From the NCBI GenBank assembly GCA_035326105.1, contig DAOKYO010000001.1:200405-264404 (forward strand): a DNA stretch of 64,000 bases. The letters run 5' to 3'. A program made the position numbers and the translations under genes. Shown piece after piece: positions 26,840-37,715 of the stretch (position 1 is its first letter; every line of letters begins with the position of its first letter). The notes beneath the pieces were generated by a model. That model did no database searches, was not told the DNA's origin, and worked only from the letters and a program-made list of their open reading frames with translations. The stretch is from Bacilli bacterium. Its GTDB lineage: Bacteria; Bacillota_I; Bacilli_A; RFN20; CAG-826.

Positions 26840-28577
26840 GATTTGGGCACTTACGAAAGTCATGTTTAAAGCCGGTGGCGCTTTTGCGGGCACCGGAGGC
26901 ATGAGGCGCGCAAATGGCCGGGCGAAGAAAAACAGTCCTCTTTCTCTTGTTTTCGTTTTATTAATTCTTCTGATTGCCGCCGGAAGTTTAACCGCTTCCT
27001 ATTATAGTGAAATGATATTGGCTAAAAATGGAAATTATATGGACGACTTTGCAAAAGTAATTTCCCTTGTGGGTTTTATATGGACTTTTGCCTTTACCCT
27101 TAATTTTACCGTTTCCTTCTTCTTTCTTAGTACGGATAATGACACCTATCTTCCTTTGCCGATTCAGCCCAGTCATATATTCTTTGCTCGCTTATTTGCG
27201 ACACTGATCAGTGCCTACCTAGTACAGGTGGTTTTCTTACTTCCTGTCTTTATCGCCTACGATATGATAATGGGAGTCACCGTATTTGCCATTATTAATC
27301 AAATTCTACTATTTACCTTTAACCCATTAATTTCATTAGGACTCATCTTTGTTGTTTTCTTACTTATCGCTAAAGTTTTTAATATTCAAAAGCATCGCAA
27401 GATGGTCAGCGGTATTATGTTTGCAATGATGTTTATCCTCTTTATTGGCGCAGGAATGTCTACCTCTATTCTTGGAACGACCGATTTAATTGACCCGACG
27501 ACTAACCTGCCTACATCCGAAGGTTATCAGCAACTGGCCAGCAATATTGCTTTAATTGTAAAATCGACTGCCTTCTTAGATTGGTTTAGAAATCCTTTTG
27601 CTCTGGCTATGCAGGGTAATGGAATATCCAGCCTTGGTTATGCGGGAATTTATATTTTGATATCAATTGCCTTCCTGGGTATTTCGCTTCTTTTGGCCCA
27701 ATTATTTTATTCAAGCGTTATCGTTGGAAGTGATGATAAAGGTTCGAGACGCAAAAGTAAGGGTGTCGATGAAGAAATCAAACTAGAAAAGCCGGACAAA
27801 ACTCCTTTAAGAGCTCTTATAAGTAAGGAGCGCAGAACCTTGTGGCGGAGTGGAATCTACTTCTCGCAACTCATTCTTCCCATTTTTATTATGGTGTTCA
27901 TCACTCTTGCGACATTCGTAATCATAATCGTCAGTGATTCATCCACGTCCGGACAAAGCGTTAGTATTATCCAAACATTAAGACAGGTCGGCAGCAGTTT
28001 AACTACTATCGACAGTGGCGCTGTTGCTTTTTATGGGGCGGCAATCGCCGGTTTCTTCGGTTCAACCGTTCTGGTTTCTGCAACCGCAGTAAGTCGAGAA
28101 GGACCGAATGCTTATTTAATGAAAGTTATGCCCGTGTCCCCTCAGAAACAAATCTACTCAAAAATGTTTGAAGGTGTAATCCTTTCAAGCATTGTTCTTG
28201 GGCTGATAATATTGGCGGGAGTTTTCTTCTTAAACCTCAATTGGTTATATTCAATAATGCTTGCCGTCATCTGCTTTTTGAATGTGGTGATGATCAACTA
28301 TGCCATGGTTCTTATTGATTTAAGACGGCCGATGCTTCATTGGACGAACGAAATAATTGTTACCAAACAAAATTTAAACACCTTCTTAGGCATGCTGATT
28401 GGATGGGTGGCCGCTATTATATATATCGGTTTAGGAACGCTTGTTCTTCTCTATGCCGGAAAGTATAGTGCTTTATACTCCATTGCCATAATGGTGGCCG
28501 TTCCGGCTTTAGTAATCTATATTTTCGATCGTCAAGTTAAAAAGAAGGGTGATTTAATTTTAAGTCACATTGAATAA
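26832..28577 (+). CDS. Large polytopic ABC-2-type permease (581 aa, ~12 TM in two halves)
   Basis: ATGA overlap with the ATPase gene. Highly hydrophobic with two repeated 6-TM bundles separated by a charged loop (SDDKGSRRKSKGVDEE). Confidence 0.7.
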   Translation: MSKIWALTKVMFKAGGAFAGTGGMRRANGRAKKNSPLSLVFVLLILLIAAGSLTASYYSEMILAKNGNYMDDFAKVISLVGFIWTFAFTLNFTVSFFFLSTDNDTYLPLPIQPSHIFFARLFATLISAYLVQVVFLLPVFIAYDMIMGVTVFAIINQILLFTFNPLISLGLIFVVFLLIAKVFNIQKHRKMVSGIMFAMMFILFIGAGMSTSILGTTDLIDPTTNLPTSEGYQQLASNIALIVKSTAFLDWFRNPFALAMQGNGISSLGYAGIYILISIAFLGISLLLAQLFYSSVIVGSDDKGSRRKSKGVDEEIKLEKPDKTPLRALISKERRTLWRSGIYFSQLILPIFIMVFITLATFVIIIVSDSSTSGQSVSIIQTLRQVGSSLTTIDSGAVAFYGAAIAGFFGSTVLVSATAVSREGPNAYLMKVMPVSPQKQIYSKMFEGVILSSIVLGLIILAGVFFLNLNWLYSIMLAVICFLNVVMINYAMVLIDLRRPMLHWTNEIIVTKQNLNTFLGMLIGWVAAIIYIGLGTLVLLYAGKYSALYSIAIMVAVPALVIYIFDRQVKKKGDLILSHIE

Positions 28578-28581
28578 ACGG

Positions 28582-29064
28582 CTATTTATGATATGGTTCG
28601 TTATTATTTATTCTAAAAGACCGATAAAGCTGTTCTAAAACAAATACTCTCATTAGTTGATGAGGAAAAGTTAAGCGGGAAAAACTCACGCTGGAGTTTG
28701 CCCGCTTTTTTATTTCCGGCGATAGGCCTAAAGAACCGCCGATAATAAAGTTTATCGTCGATTTCCCGCGTTCAAAAGCCTCAGAAATATAAGTGGCAAA
28801 AGCAATAGAATCCATCTCTTTGCCAGCTAAATCAAAAGTAATAACATAATCGCCAGAACTAATATATTTCAATATTCTCATGCCCTCAACTTGCTTGACC
28901 TTTTCCTCTTCCAGTAAGGAGGCATTATTGGGAATCTTCTCGTCCGAAACTTCGATAATATTGACTTCGGCATATCCTTGAAGCCGCTTCATATACTCGG
29001 ATATTAAAAGAGTAACCGCTCGCTCTTTTATTTTTCCCACACAATATAAATTAATTTTCATCAT
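28582..29064 (-). CDS. rlmH: 23S rRNA (pseudouridine1915-N3)-methyltransferase RlmH (SPOUT)
   Basis: 159-160 aa. MKINLYCVGKIKE... matches the RlmH/YbeA family. It overlaps the upstream yycJ-like gene. Confidence 0.85.
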   Translation of the reverse strand: MMKINLYCVGKIKERAVTLLISEYMKRLQGYAEVNIIEVSDEKIPNNASLLEEEKVKQVEGMRILKYISSGDYVITFDLAGKEMDSIAFATYISEAFERGKSTINFIIGGSLGLSPEIKKRANSSVSFSRLTFPHQLMRVFVLEQLYRSFRINNNEPYHK

Positions 29065-29803
29065 CGCCCCCGGAGGTAATATCCCATTGAGCCGCCGCTT
29101 GAATGCGAATGCCCGTTATGTCAACCCTTTGCCGCCGGAAAATCTTTTCATAGGCACTGAGCGCTTCCTCGGGAGTGTTCGCTTCTTCGCTAAGATGAGC
29201 TAAAACAATTTCCTGCGTATGCGGACCTAATAACTCGCTTGCATACATGGCTGAATCTTCATTAGAAAGGTGTCCTTCATCACCCAAAATACGCTGAATA
29301 AGGTCGTATGGTCGATTGGTCTTTAATAACATACGGACATTGTGATTGCTTTCTAAAATATAAAAATTGGCATCTTTCATTAATGTCTGATTATGCTCAC
29401 TTATATATCCGGTATCAGTCATATATACGAGACGCTTTTCGCCATCATCAACAATGAATCCGGCGGAATCGCGAGCATCGTGGCTCGTCGGTAAAACCGT
29501 AACGGAAAAACCGGCAACATGGTAAGTGGCATAAAAATCGAGATGATTGACTGTATCGCGATTGACAGTCCCTTGGGTTGCGAAAATTTTTGAATCATCA
29601 AAGAATTTTAAAGGGCGGAGGTGATCTCCGTGGGAATGAGTATAAAATACCGCTTCAATTGCATTTTCACTGATCGGTGTCTTAGATAAGCGATTACGAA
29701 ACTCGCTTAAGGATAATCCCATATCAATTAAAATGGATCGACCATGCGAAACAACAACCGTCGAATTCCCCTTGGAACCGCTGGCTAAAATATAATATTT
29801 CAT
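29051..29803 (-). CDS. MBL-fold metallo-hydrolase, YycJ/WalJ-like
   Basis: HSHGDH motif (FYTHSHGDHLRP); 250 aa. Its position between dnaB and rlmH matches Bacillus yycJ. Confidence 0.8.
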   Translation of the reverse strand: MKYYILASGSKGNSTVVVSHGRSILIDMGLSLSEFRNRLSKTPISENAIEAVFYTHSHGDHLRPLKFFDDSKIFATQGTVNRDTVNHLDFYATYHVAGFSVTVLPTSHDARDSAGFIVDDGEKRLVYMTDTGYISEHNQTLMKDANFYILESNHNVRMLLKTNRPYDLIQRILGDEGHLSNEDSAMYASELLGPHTQEIVLAHLSEEANTPEEALSAYEKIFRRQRVDITGIRIQAAAQWDITSGGDDEN

Positions 29804-31317
29804 TACTCGTCGTACTGCTGTTGTCCAGCCCCCATATACTCTTGCTCAAAATTCTGGGTTGGAGTATCAAATCGGCCATAAGATTTAAAGAAAATTAATG
29901 GTACGACGCCTGTCTTTCCATTTCGATTTTTTCCAATTATAACTTCGACCATCGAGTAGTCACCATTTTCGGGACCATTTTTTTCCATATCTTCTTTTTG
30001 TTTGGCGCTTCGGCGCTCACTGTCTTCCCGACTCTCGCCGTACTTGGTGGCAGGCGTTCCTTTTTGGCCGGTTTTAGTATAGTAGTCATCCCGATATAAC
30101 ATTAATACCACATCGGCGTCTTGTTCAATTGAACCCGATTCACGTAAATCGCTGAGCATTGGACGCTTATTAGGACGTTTTTCAACTTCCCGTGATAGCT
30201 GAGATAAAACCACTACTGGTATCTTTAGTTCCCGTGCCAACTCCTTTAAAGTCCGCGATATCTCGCTCACTTCAAGTTGCCTACTTTCGACGCTGTCTTT
30301 ACCCGTGGTAATAAGTCCGATATAGTCGATAACAATTAAGGATAAATCCTCGTGAGCCGCTTTCAGTTTCTTGCTTTTGGCCACAATATCCAAAAGGCGA
30401 ATTCCCGGAGTGTCATCGATAAAAAGCGGAAGCGATGCGATCGTATTTATGGCCGCTCCTACTTTTGCCTGTTCGGTTGAAGCTAGATTATTGGTCTGAA
30501 TTTTACCTAGATCGACATTGCTCTTATTAGCAATCAAACGCAAAACCAACTGTTCAGCCGGCATTTCAATAGAAAATATCGCGGCCGTCTTATTATCACG
30601 TTCGGCTGCATTCATCGCCATGTTAATTGCCAATGCTGTTTTGCCGACGGAAGGACGGGCGGCAATAATAATCATATTACCCGGTTGAAAACCATGCGTA
30701 TATTCATTAAGGCGCGGATAGCCGGTTGTAACTCCGGTAAGATGGTTGTCGCCGCTGGCTTTCATTGTCGCCAACGTTTCCGAAATAATTTTTGTAATCT
30801 GCTTGGTGGAGCGAAAATCACTGATACGTCTTTTTTCGGCGACCCGAGCAATCCGATCGCTGCCGATAGCAACAAATTCGCTTATGTCTTCAATTTGCCG
30901 AGTAGAGTATTCGTCCAGCACATCCTCCATGGTCGATAAAAAGGCTCTTAAAACGGTATGATCTTGAAGAATTTTAATATAGTGTTCAAGATTAGTGTAA
31001 CCAAAAGAAGAATCAGCCAGTTCTTTGAGATAATCAATTCCACCAACTTTGTCAATCTCCTTCATATTTACTAATTCGTTATAAACTGTTTGAATATCTA
31101 CCGAAGATTTTTGATTATGAACATTGGTAATCGCCTCAAAAACAATTTGATTAGGCCGATTGCCCACATAAAAATCATCCATCGTTAAAGACCCAAGAGC
31201 CAGAGCAACGGCTTCGGGATATAAAAGCATTGAACCGAGAACGGACTTTTCCGCCATCTCGTTATTAGGCATTTTGACACTCATGGCTGAACTATTGTTC
31301 CTCACTGACATGGACAT
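29803..31317 (-). CDS. dnaB: Replicative DNA helicase DnaB (Bacillus DnaC)
   Basis: Walker A ARPSVGKTALAINMAMNAA and RecA-like C-terminal motifs. The true start is probably the ATG at ~31284 (MSVKMPNNEMAEKSVLGSMLL), preceded by GAGGAA; the track start overlaps rplI by 26 nt. Confidence 0.95.
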   Translation of the reverse strand: MSMSVRNNSSAMSVKMPNNEMAEKSVLGSMLLYPEAVALALGSLTMDDFYVGNRPNQIVFEAITNVHNQKSSVDIQTVYNELVNMKEIDKVGGIDYLKELADSSFGYTNLEHYIKILQDHTVLRAFLSTMEDVLDEYSTRQIEDISEFVAIGSDRIARVAEKRRISDFRSTKQITKIISETLATMKASGDNHLTGVTTGYPRLNEYTHGFQPGNMIIIAARPSVGKTALAINMAMNAAERDNKTAAIFSIEMPAEQLVLRLIANKSNVDLGKIQTNNLASTEQAKVGAAINTIASLPLFIDDTPGIRLLDIVAKSKKLKAAHEDLSLIVIDYIGLITTGKDSVESRQLEVSEISRTLKELARELKIPVVVLSQLSREVEKRPNKRPMLSDLRESGSIEQDADVVLMLYRDDYYTKTGQKGTPATKYGESREDSERRSAKQKEDMEKNGPENGDYSMVEVIIGKNRNGKTGVVPLIFFKSYGRFDTPTQNFEQEYMGAGQQQYDE

Positions 31318-31741
31318 TAACCACGCCGATTACGTCTTTATATAATTCAATTCTCAAACGGGTATAGCCGATGGCATTAACCGGATAATGATCTACAAAC
31401 TTTCTTTTATCGATAACGATATTATATTTTGATTTAAGTTCTGCTTCAATTTGCTTGGGAGAAATGGTTCCAAACATACGTCCGTCTTTACTGACTTTCG
31501 CCGTAAATTCGACCGTGATATCCTTAAGCTTTAAGGCAAGTTGCTCCGCCTTTTGCTTTTCCTCAGCCACCGCTTTCGCGCGATTTTCCTTTTGGCTATT
31601 TAATATTTCTATCGAACGATCGGTATAAAGGACCGCTAATTTCTTTGGCATCAAAAAGTTATTTGCATACCCATCGCTAACTTCGACAATTTGATCTTTC
31701 TTCCCGACATTGCGCACATCTTGCAGTAAAATAACTCGCAT
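31292..31741 (-). CDS. rplI: 50S ribosomal protein L9
   Basis: MRVILLQDVRNVGKKDQIVEVSDGYANNFLMPKKLA is classic L9. Confidence 0.95.
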   Translation of the reverse strand: MRVILLQDVRNVGKKDQIVEVSDGYANNFLMPKKLAVLYTDRSIEILNSQKENRAKAVAEEKQKAEQLALKLKDITVEFTAKVSKDGRMFGTISPKQIEAELKSKYNIVIDKRKFVDHYPVNAIGYTRLRIELYKDVIGVVNVHVSEEQ

Positions 31742-31754
31742 AATTTTTCCTCCG

Positions 31755-33833
31755 TTAATTTTCTTTTATTCGACTGTCATTTAAATACAGCGATAATACT
31801 TGGATTAACTGTTCTTCCGCTTTATCGACCGTAATATCATTTAGTGCAACTGCCGAGGCCGCCTGATGACCGCCGCCGCCCAGTTTTTCCAAGAGCAACT
31901 GGACATTAACTGATCCGTCGCTTCTGCCACTGATGCGAATTTCTTTTTCACCCGTCCGTCCGATAACAAAGGCCGCATCTACTCCTTTTATTTGAATACA
32001 CTGATTGGCAACTTTAGCAATGGTCGCCGCATCAATGATGTCTTTGGCATCGCCTTTGGCAACCACTACTCCGTAAAATGGAGTTTTAAGTGTCGCCATT
32101 ATTTTTGTAACGAGGGCATATTCTTCGTATTCATCCTTTAAAAAATCATCCGCTTTACCATTATCGGCCCCATAATCTTTCAGGATCATGCACGCTTCAA
32201 AAGTTCTCATTCCGGTCGTGTTATTGCGGAAGTAGTTCGTATCGAGGAAGATACCTGCAAGCATGAGCGTCGCATATTTCTCCGGAATATCGATGTAAGG
32301 AAAATTTCCATATTCGCATAATTCGGTTACAAGTTCACTGGTAGAAGACGAACTGGTTTCGATATACTGAAAAATAGGATCGGTAATAAAATCTTCCGCC
32401 CGGCGATGATGATCAATTACCGCGATCGAAGATATCTTGTCAAGAAGCGGTGGATACATGACATATGCCGGTCGGGAAACATCAGCAATAATAAGTAAGG
32501 TATTGGTCTTGATCAGGGAGTTAGACACCCGCTCACTGGCCAACTCTTGCGGACTGACAAATATATTCTCCATCTCATCTTTGCTAAAGGAGTTAAGTAG
32601 CGCTCTCTTGGTTTTCTTTTCGACATTCTTTGAATCATAGACAATTTTTGCCTCGATAAATTTCTTATTACTCACTTCCGCATCCTTGCGTTTAATGTAA
32701 TCGCAAAGGACTTTTAGCCCAAGTGAAGCCCCAATGGCATCTAAATCCGCCATTGCATGCCCCATAATAATAACGTTGGATGAGTTCTTAACAATCGCCG
32801 CCAGTGAGTCACTTGTCAGACGGACTTTAACTTTGTTGCGTTTTTCAGAAGCAACGGAAGCTCCGCCAAAATACTGATGCTCGCTGCCATACTTAGAAAC
32901 AACCACTTGGTCCCCACCCCGTGACATGGCTAGATCGATTGCATTAATTGCCATTTCATCCAATTTAGTAAAGTCGGGAAAATTATAGGCAAAGCCGGCT
33001 GATAGTGTTAATGTGCTATCCTGATCGCTTTCCATTTCTCGCACTTTATCAAGAATAGAGAATTTATCTTCTAAAACCTTTTTAAAAGATTTATAGTTGC
33101 CAATAAGCAGAAAGGCATCATCGCGATAGCGGCGAACAAGAAAATCAAACTTATGTCCATATTCAAAAATAGCCGATGTTGCCATCGCTGTAACTGGATT
33201 GTTGATTTCACGATTTACACTTAAGTCCGTATAATTATCAATCATCATTATACCCACTACCGGAGATTGGTTAAGATTGGTCTGAAAGAGGTATTCATTT
33301 TCGGAAATATCCTTAAAAATAAACAAATCCGCATCGGAAAGATACTTGACCGCATAGTTACGAGAATTAATTTCCACTTTTACAACCAAGTTTTCATCTC
33401 CATCTTCGTCTTCCGCGTTATCCACCAATTTTTCCAATGAATGCTGCCATTCTAAAATATTTTGATCAAGAATATTGATCTTCCGCGTCACGAATAGTTC
33501 ACTTGTCCAAATTACTTGAAAGTCTTTATCAACAACCACTAATCCAATCATTCCAAAGTCATAAGCTTCTTTAACATCACTGCCAATAATTTTAGCCGAG
33601 GTAAGTTCGCTCAAGGAATGCTTTCTCTGTACGACAAATAGACCAAATAAAATCATCAGCGCATCCAAAACAACAATGATTGTTCCCGCTAACAAAATCA
33701 TCGGCAAAGTTAAAACATTCTTAAGGTTGAACCAGTCGTATATATATCCTCCTCCGACAAGGATGACAAAAATGGCCTCAATTGCAAAAAGGCCAAGGAT
33801 GATATAACGTAAGCGACGAATAGTTTTTAGCAT
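31755..33833 (-). CDS. gdpP: Membrane-anchored c-di-AMP phosphodiesterase GdpP (2TM-PAS-GGDEF-like-DHH/DHHA1)
   Basis: Two N-terminal TM helices. DHH motif AVIDHHRR and DHHA1 GGGH motif LGGGGHQAASAV. The gdpP-rplI-dnaB order is conserved as in Bacillus. Confidence 0.9.
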   Translation of the reverse strand: MLKTIRRLRYIILGLFAIEAIFVILVGGGYIYDWFNLKNVLTLPMILLAGTIIVVLDALMILFGLFVVQRKHSLSELTSAKIIGSDVKEAYDFGMIGLVVVDKDFQVIWTSELFVTRKINILDQNILEWQHSLEKLVDNAEDEDGDENLVVKVEINSRNYAVKYLSDADLFIFKDISENEYLFQTNLNQSPVVGIMMIDNYTDLSVNREINNPVTAMATSAIFEYGHKFDFLVRRYRDDAFLLIGNYKSFKKVLEDKFSILDKVREMESDQDSTLTLSAGFAYNFPDFTKLDEMAINAIDLAMSRGGDQVVVSKYGSEHQYFGGASVASEKRNKVKVRLTSDSLAAIVKNSSNVIIMGHAMADLDAIGASLGLKVLCDYIKRKDAEVSNKKFIEAKIVYDSKNVEKKTKRALLNSFSKDEMENIFVSPQELASERVSNSLIKTNTLLIIADVSRPAYVMYPPLLDKISSIAVIDHHRRAEDFITDPIFQYIETSSSSTSELVTELCEYGNFPYIDIPEKYATLMLAGIFLDTNYFRNNTTGMRTFEACMILKDYGADNGKADDFLKDEYEEYALVTKIMATLKTPFYGVVVAKGDAKDIIDAATIAKVANQCIQIKGVDAAFVIGRTGEKEIRISGRSDGSVNVQLLLEKLGGGGHQAASAVALNDITVDKAEEQLIQVLSLYLNDSRIKEN

Positions 33834-33953
33834 CAGACTCTCACCTCTTGTTATTTATTATATTTTACTATAATTCTATGACTATTTGTAATTTTATTAA
33901 CTTCAATTAAATGCCGTTGGGTTTGCTTATTTGGTTGATAGAACTTCAAGCAA

Positions 33954-33980
33954 TAAAAAAAGGCCTTCACAGGAAGGCCT
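33954..33980 (-). terminator. Intrinsic terminator after rpsR
   Basis: 8-bp stem AGGCCTTC / GAAGGCCT with a 4-nt loop, followed on the minus strand by TTTTTTT. Confidence 0.65.
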
Positions 33981-33989
33981 TAATATAAA

Positions 33990-34217
33990 TCAATCGACAA
34001 AGTAAGGGAGAAGTCCCATGAAACGAGCATTCTTGATTGCCCGTGCTAATTGACGTTGATATTTAGCACTTGTACCAGTTACCCGACGAGGAGCAATTTT
34101 ACCATTAGGCGAAACAAACCGCTTAAGTAATTCCACATCTTTGTAATCAATCCATTTGATATTATTCTTGGTAAAGTAGCAGACCTTTTTCCGAGGTCTC
34201 ATTTTCTTAAAAGCCAT
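33990..34217 (-). CDS. rpsR: 30S ribosomal protein S18
   Basis: [43 protein letters not shown] is classic S18. Confidence 0.95.
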   Translation of the reverse strand: MAFKKMRPRKKVCYFTKNNIKWIDYKDVELLKRFVSPNGKIAPRRVTGTSAKYQRQLARAIKNARFMGLLPYFVD

Positions 34218-34236
34218 GATGTATTTATTTCCTTTC

Positions 34237-34656
34237 TTAGAATGGTAGATCGTTACCGACTAAATCGACAGAATCAAGATTTTGACTATTATCTTCTTCT
34301 GGCATATCGGCATCAGTAACATTTGGTTGTCCACTTCCTTTTGGTTCTAGGAACTGAACTGAATCGGCTACCACTTCAAAGACCTGAGCCTTGCCGCTGC
34401 CGTCACGTCGATCATAAGTCCGTTGCGTGAGACGACCATCGACACCAACCAGCGAGCCTTTGCGGGTATACTTAGCAACATTATCGGCCGTCAAGTTCCA
34501 AGCGATGCAGGGAATAAAACTGGCTGATTTCTCGCCGCCTTTGGTCGGACGATTGTCTACCGCTAATGTAAACGAAGCTACCGAAGCTCCATTTGGAGTT
34601 TTCCGTAACTCCGGATCGCGGGTAAGACGTCCAACTAATATAATCCGATTAATCAT
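34237..34656 (-). CDS. ssb: Single-stranded DNA-binding protein
   Basis: OB-fold N-terminus [23 protein letters not shown] and an acidic C-terminal tail ending DLPF. Confidence 0.95.
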   Translation of the reverse strand: MINRIILVGRLTRDPELRKTPNGASVASFTLAVDNRPTKGGEKSASFIPCIAWNLTADNVAKYTRKGSLVGVDGRLTQRTYDRRDGSGKAQVFEVVADSVQFLEPKGSGQPNVTDADMPEEDNSQNLDSVDLVGNDLPF

Positions 34657-34676
34657 ATAATATGCCTCCTAGTTAG

Positions 34677-34964
34677 TTATTCTTGATCAACAGTCACTAA
34701 ATAACGGACCACATTGGCGTTGAGCTTTGCTAAACGTTCAAATTCAGCAGTTGCACCGACCGATGCGGAAACTTTGAGCACTACGTAGTATCCTTTAAGT
34801 TGACCATCAATTTCATAAGCGAAGTCGCGTAGACCCCATTCATCTGTTTTGGTCACTTCCGCGCCATTGTCAGCAAGAATTTTTGCTAAATTGGCAATCT
34901 CAGCCTTGCGAGCTTCCTCATCAAGACCGGCGGATAGAATGTACATAATTTCGTACTTTTCCAT
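34677..34964 (-). CDS. rpsF: 30S ribosomal protein S6
   Basis: MEKYEIMYILSAGLDEE... matches the S6 family. It heads the rpsF-ssb-rpsR operon. Confidence 0.95.
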   Translation of the reverse strand: MEKYEIMYILSAGLDEEARKAEIANLAKILADNGAEVTKTDEWGLRDFAYEIDGQLKGYYVVLKVSASVGATAEFERLAKLNANVVRYLVTVDQE

Positions 34965-35054
34965 GTGTTTTACCTCCCTATGGACCTTCGGCTACCTACG
35001 GACGCGGTAGCAGAGCGGTAATGTATATATAAGTATGCCTTATATATCAGTGTG

Positions 35055-35083
35055 ATTATAATATGTGAGCGACGTTTTGTAAA
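35055..35083 (-). promoter_or_regulatory. Candidate sigma-A promoter of the rpsF operon
   Basis: On the minus strand: TTTACA (35083-35078), a 17-nt spacer, then TATAAT (35060-35055). This leaves a ~90-nt 5'UTR containing the hairpin GCTACC-N9-GGTAGC next to the RBS. Confidence 0.5.
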
Positions 35084-35088
35084 GAAAA

Positions 35089-35140
35089 GTCCAAAATAAA
35101 AGCCGTTATCCATACAATATATAAATTGCGTAATAACGGC
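35089..35140 (-). terminator. Candidate terminator after lysS
   Basis: Inverted repeat GCCGTTAT ... ATAACGGC with a large loop, followed on the minus strand by TTTTATTTTGG. Confidence 0.4.
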
Positions 35141-35155
35141 GATATTGTCTAAAAA

Positions 35156-36673
35156 TTAACGAGTTTTCATCGTTGGGAACAGGATTACTTCCCGAATATT
35201 GGTCATTCCGGTCAAAAGCATCACTAACCGATCAATACCGATGCCAATGCCACCGGTTGGAGGCATCCCATATTCAAGCGCTTCAAGGAAGTCATCATCA
35301 ATTTCGTTAGCTTCCTCGTCCCCCATCTCCCGCGCTTTAAGCTGTTCTTCAAATCTCTCTCGTTGATCAATCGGATCATTTAATTCGCTATATGCGTTAG
35401 CCAATTCCGAACCATTGATAAAAAGTTCAAACCGCAGGGTAAAGCGTGGATCGGGACTCTTTTTGGTCAAAGGACTGATTTCGATCGGATGTCCGTAGAC
35501 AAAAGTCGGTTGAATAAAGTCCTTTTCGCAGAATTCCTCAAAAAACGCATTAATAATATGTCCGACCGTAAAGTGTTTTTCAACTTCAACATGATGGTCA
35601 GCCGCTAATTTCTTAGCTGTTTCCAAGTCCATAGGCCGCCAAAAATCGATGCCGGTTTTTTCCTTGATGGCATCTACCATGTGCACCCGTCTAAACTCGG
35701 GCTCAACATCGATAATTTTACCATCGTATTCTAATTTCATCGTGCCGACCACTTCTTGAGCCAGTGTTCTGATCATTCCCTCGGCCAAGTCAAACATATC
35801 TTCCAAATCACCATAGGCAAGGTATGCTTCAACCGTAGTAAATTCCGGATTATGCCGGGTATCCATGCCTTCATTTCGGAATAAACGTCCGATTTCGTAA
35901 ACTTTTTCCATTCCCCCGACAATTAATCTTTTCAATGGAAGTTCAGTGGCAATCCTTAAATAAAAATCCCGGTCTAAAGCATTATGATGAGTGATAAATG
36001 GTCGGGCTGATGCTCCGCCAAGAATGGGATTAAGAACCGGCGTTTCAACTTCAACGTATCCTTGACCATCAAGATAGTTTTGAATACCACGAATAATCCG
36101 GGGACGAAGAAACGCCACTCTACGTGCCTCATCGTTGGTTATCAAGTCAACATATCTGCGCCGAAAACGTTCCTCAATATCTGTCAGTCCGTGAAATTTT
36201 TCCGGTAGGGGTCGAAGGGCCTTTGTGAGATGAGTATATTTCTCTACCCGAACGGTAATTTCGTCCGTTTGGGTTCTAAAAACCAGGCCTTCCACACCGA
36301 CAATATCGCCAAGATCGGCCGTTTTAAAAAGCGCATATGCTTCTTCGCCGACAACATCTCTTTGGATGAAGGCCTGCATTTTTCCTTCCCGGTCCTGCAG
36401 CGAGAAAAAAGAAGCTTTTCCCATTTTACGAATAAACATAATTCGTCCCGCAAATTTAACCATGTGCGGATTATTTTCCAATTCCTCGCGGGTCTTGCCC
36501 TCGGCATACTCGCGAATACTCTTCGCTGTATCAGTCCTTTGAAAACGTTCCCCGAAGGGAGCAACGCCGGCTTCAACTAGTTTGGCAAGTTTCCCCCGCC
36601 GAACTAATTCTTGTTCTGAATATTGTTTTTCCATCTCATTTTTTGGGGATAAATCCCCTTCTCCTTCTATCAT
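35156..36673 (-). CDS. lysS: Lysine--tRNA ligase (class II)
   Basis: [20 protein letters not shown] and class II motifs 2/3. The start is possibly the internal ATG at ~36634 ([10 protein letters not shown]). Confidence 0.95.
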   Translation of the reverse strand: MIEGEGDLSPKNEMEKQYSEQELVRRGKLAKLVEAGVAPFGERFQRTDTAKSIREYAEGKTREELENNPHMVKFAGRIMFIRKMGKASFFSLQDREGKMQAFIQRDVVGEEAYALFKTADLGDIVGVEGLVFRTQTDEITVRVEKYTHLTKALRPLPEKFHGLTDIEERFRRRYVDLITNDEARRVAFLRPRIIRGIQNYLDGQGYVEVETPVLNPILGGASARPFITHHNALDRDFYLRIATELPLKRLIVGGMEKVYEIGRLFRNEGMDTRHNPEFTTVEAYLAYGDLEDMFDLAEGMIRTLAQEVVGTMKLEYDGKIIDVEPEFRRVHMVDAIKEKTGIDFWRPMDLETAKKLAADHHVEVEKHFTVGHIINAFFEEFCEKDFIQPTFVYGHPIEISPLTKKSPDPRFTLRFELFINGSELANAYSELNDPIDQRERFEEQLKAREMGDEEANEIDDDFLEALEYGMPPTGGIGIGIDRLVMLLTGMTNIREVILFPTMKTR

Positions 36674-36721
36674 TCTACTTTTGTAAAATCGCTAATATAT
36701 TACTATATTTAGGCAATTTTA

Positions 36722-37696
36722 TTAACTGCTTTCGCTAATTTGTTCTAAAATTGCTTCAATATCGCTAAAGCATACAATTGAATTTACAATCATTGCCTTG
36801 TAGGGCTTCATGCCCGGATACCCATTAAGAAACTTCGGCAGCAATCCCCTAAGTTGTCGGACTGCGATTAATTCGCCTTTCTCTTCTATCAGAAGACGAG
36901 AAAAAGTCCGCATGTATTCAAGTTGTGTTGTTAAAGAAACCGAAGCATCCACTTTTTTGCCTTCAACGACTTGATTAATTTGCCGAATCAGCCACGGATT
37001 TCCCAATGCCCCACGCGCAACCATAACTGCTGCTGCTTTGGTTATATTTAAAGCTTCTTCGGCCTTTTCATATGTGAAGATATCGCCGCTTATAACCAGT
37101 GGTACCTTCATCTGCAATTGAAGATCCTTCGCAATGTGATAATCAACCTCGCCCGAATAAAGCGCTGAACGCGTTCTTAAATGAAGGGCAATCATCTTTA
37201 CATTTGCCCGCTCCAACACTTTGATTGTCTCACGGAAATTTATTGATGTATCATCCCAGCCAAGGCGAATTTTAGCCGTTACCGGTTTGGATGATTTTTC
37301 GGTTATTGCCGTCATCGTTTCTTCAAGTTCATCCAGCCGCTTCAGCCACGCGCTTCCAGAACCGGCACGAGTCACTTTCGGAACCGGACATCCCAAATTA
37401 ATATCAAGAAAATCATATTCGGCTCCGCTTTGATTTAAAATATCGATTGCTTGAAGAAGCGTTTCCTTACTGCCGCCAAACAATTGAATAGCTAACGGTC
37501 GATCCCCTTTGCCCTTCTTCAGGTAGGAGAATGTCTCTTCATTGCCGTATATCAATCCGCAATCGCTAATCATTTCGGTATACGCTAAAGCAATTCCAAA
37601 AGGACGCATAAACTCACGATAAGCTGCGGTTGTAATTCCCGCCATCGGTCCAAGAACAACCCGCCCTTGAATTTCAGTGTCTCCAATTTTCCACAT
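36722..37696 (-). CDS. dusB: tRNA-dihydrouridine synthase (DusB-like)
   Basis: LGPMAGITTAAYREFMRPFG and a TIM-barrel Dus pattern. The dusB-lysS order matches Bacillus. Confidence 0.9.
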   Translation of the reverse strand: MWKIGDTEIQGRVVLGPMAGITTAAYREFMRPFGIALAYTEMISDCGLIYGNEETFSYLKKGKGDRPLAIQLFGGSKETLLQAIDILNQSGAEYDFLDINLGCPVPKVTRAGSGSAWLKRLDELEETMTAITEKSSKPVTAKIRLGWDDTSINFRETIKVLERANVKMIALHLRTRSALYSGEVDYHIAKDLQLQMKVPLVISGDIFTYEKAEEALNITKAAAVMVARGALGNPWLIRQINQVVEGKKVDASVSLTTQLEYMRTFSRLLIEEKGELIAVRQLRGLLPKFLNGYPGMKPYKAMIVNSIVCFSDIEAILEQISESS

Positions 37697-37715
37697 TTCA
37701 AAAAAGAAGGAGAAG

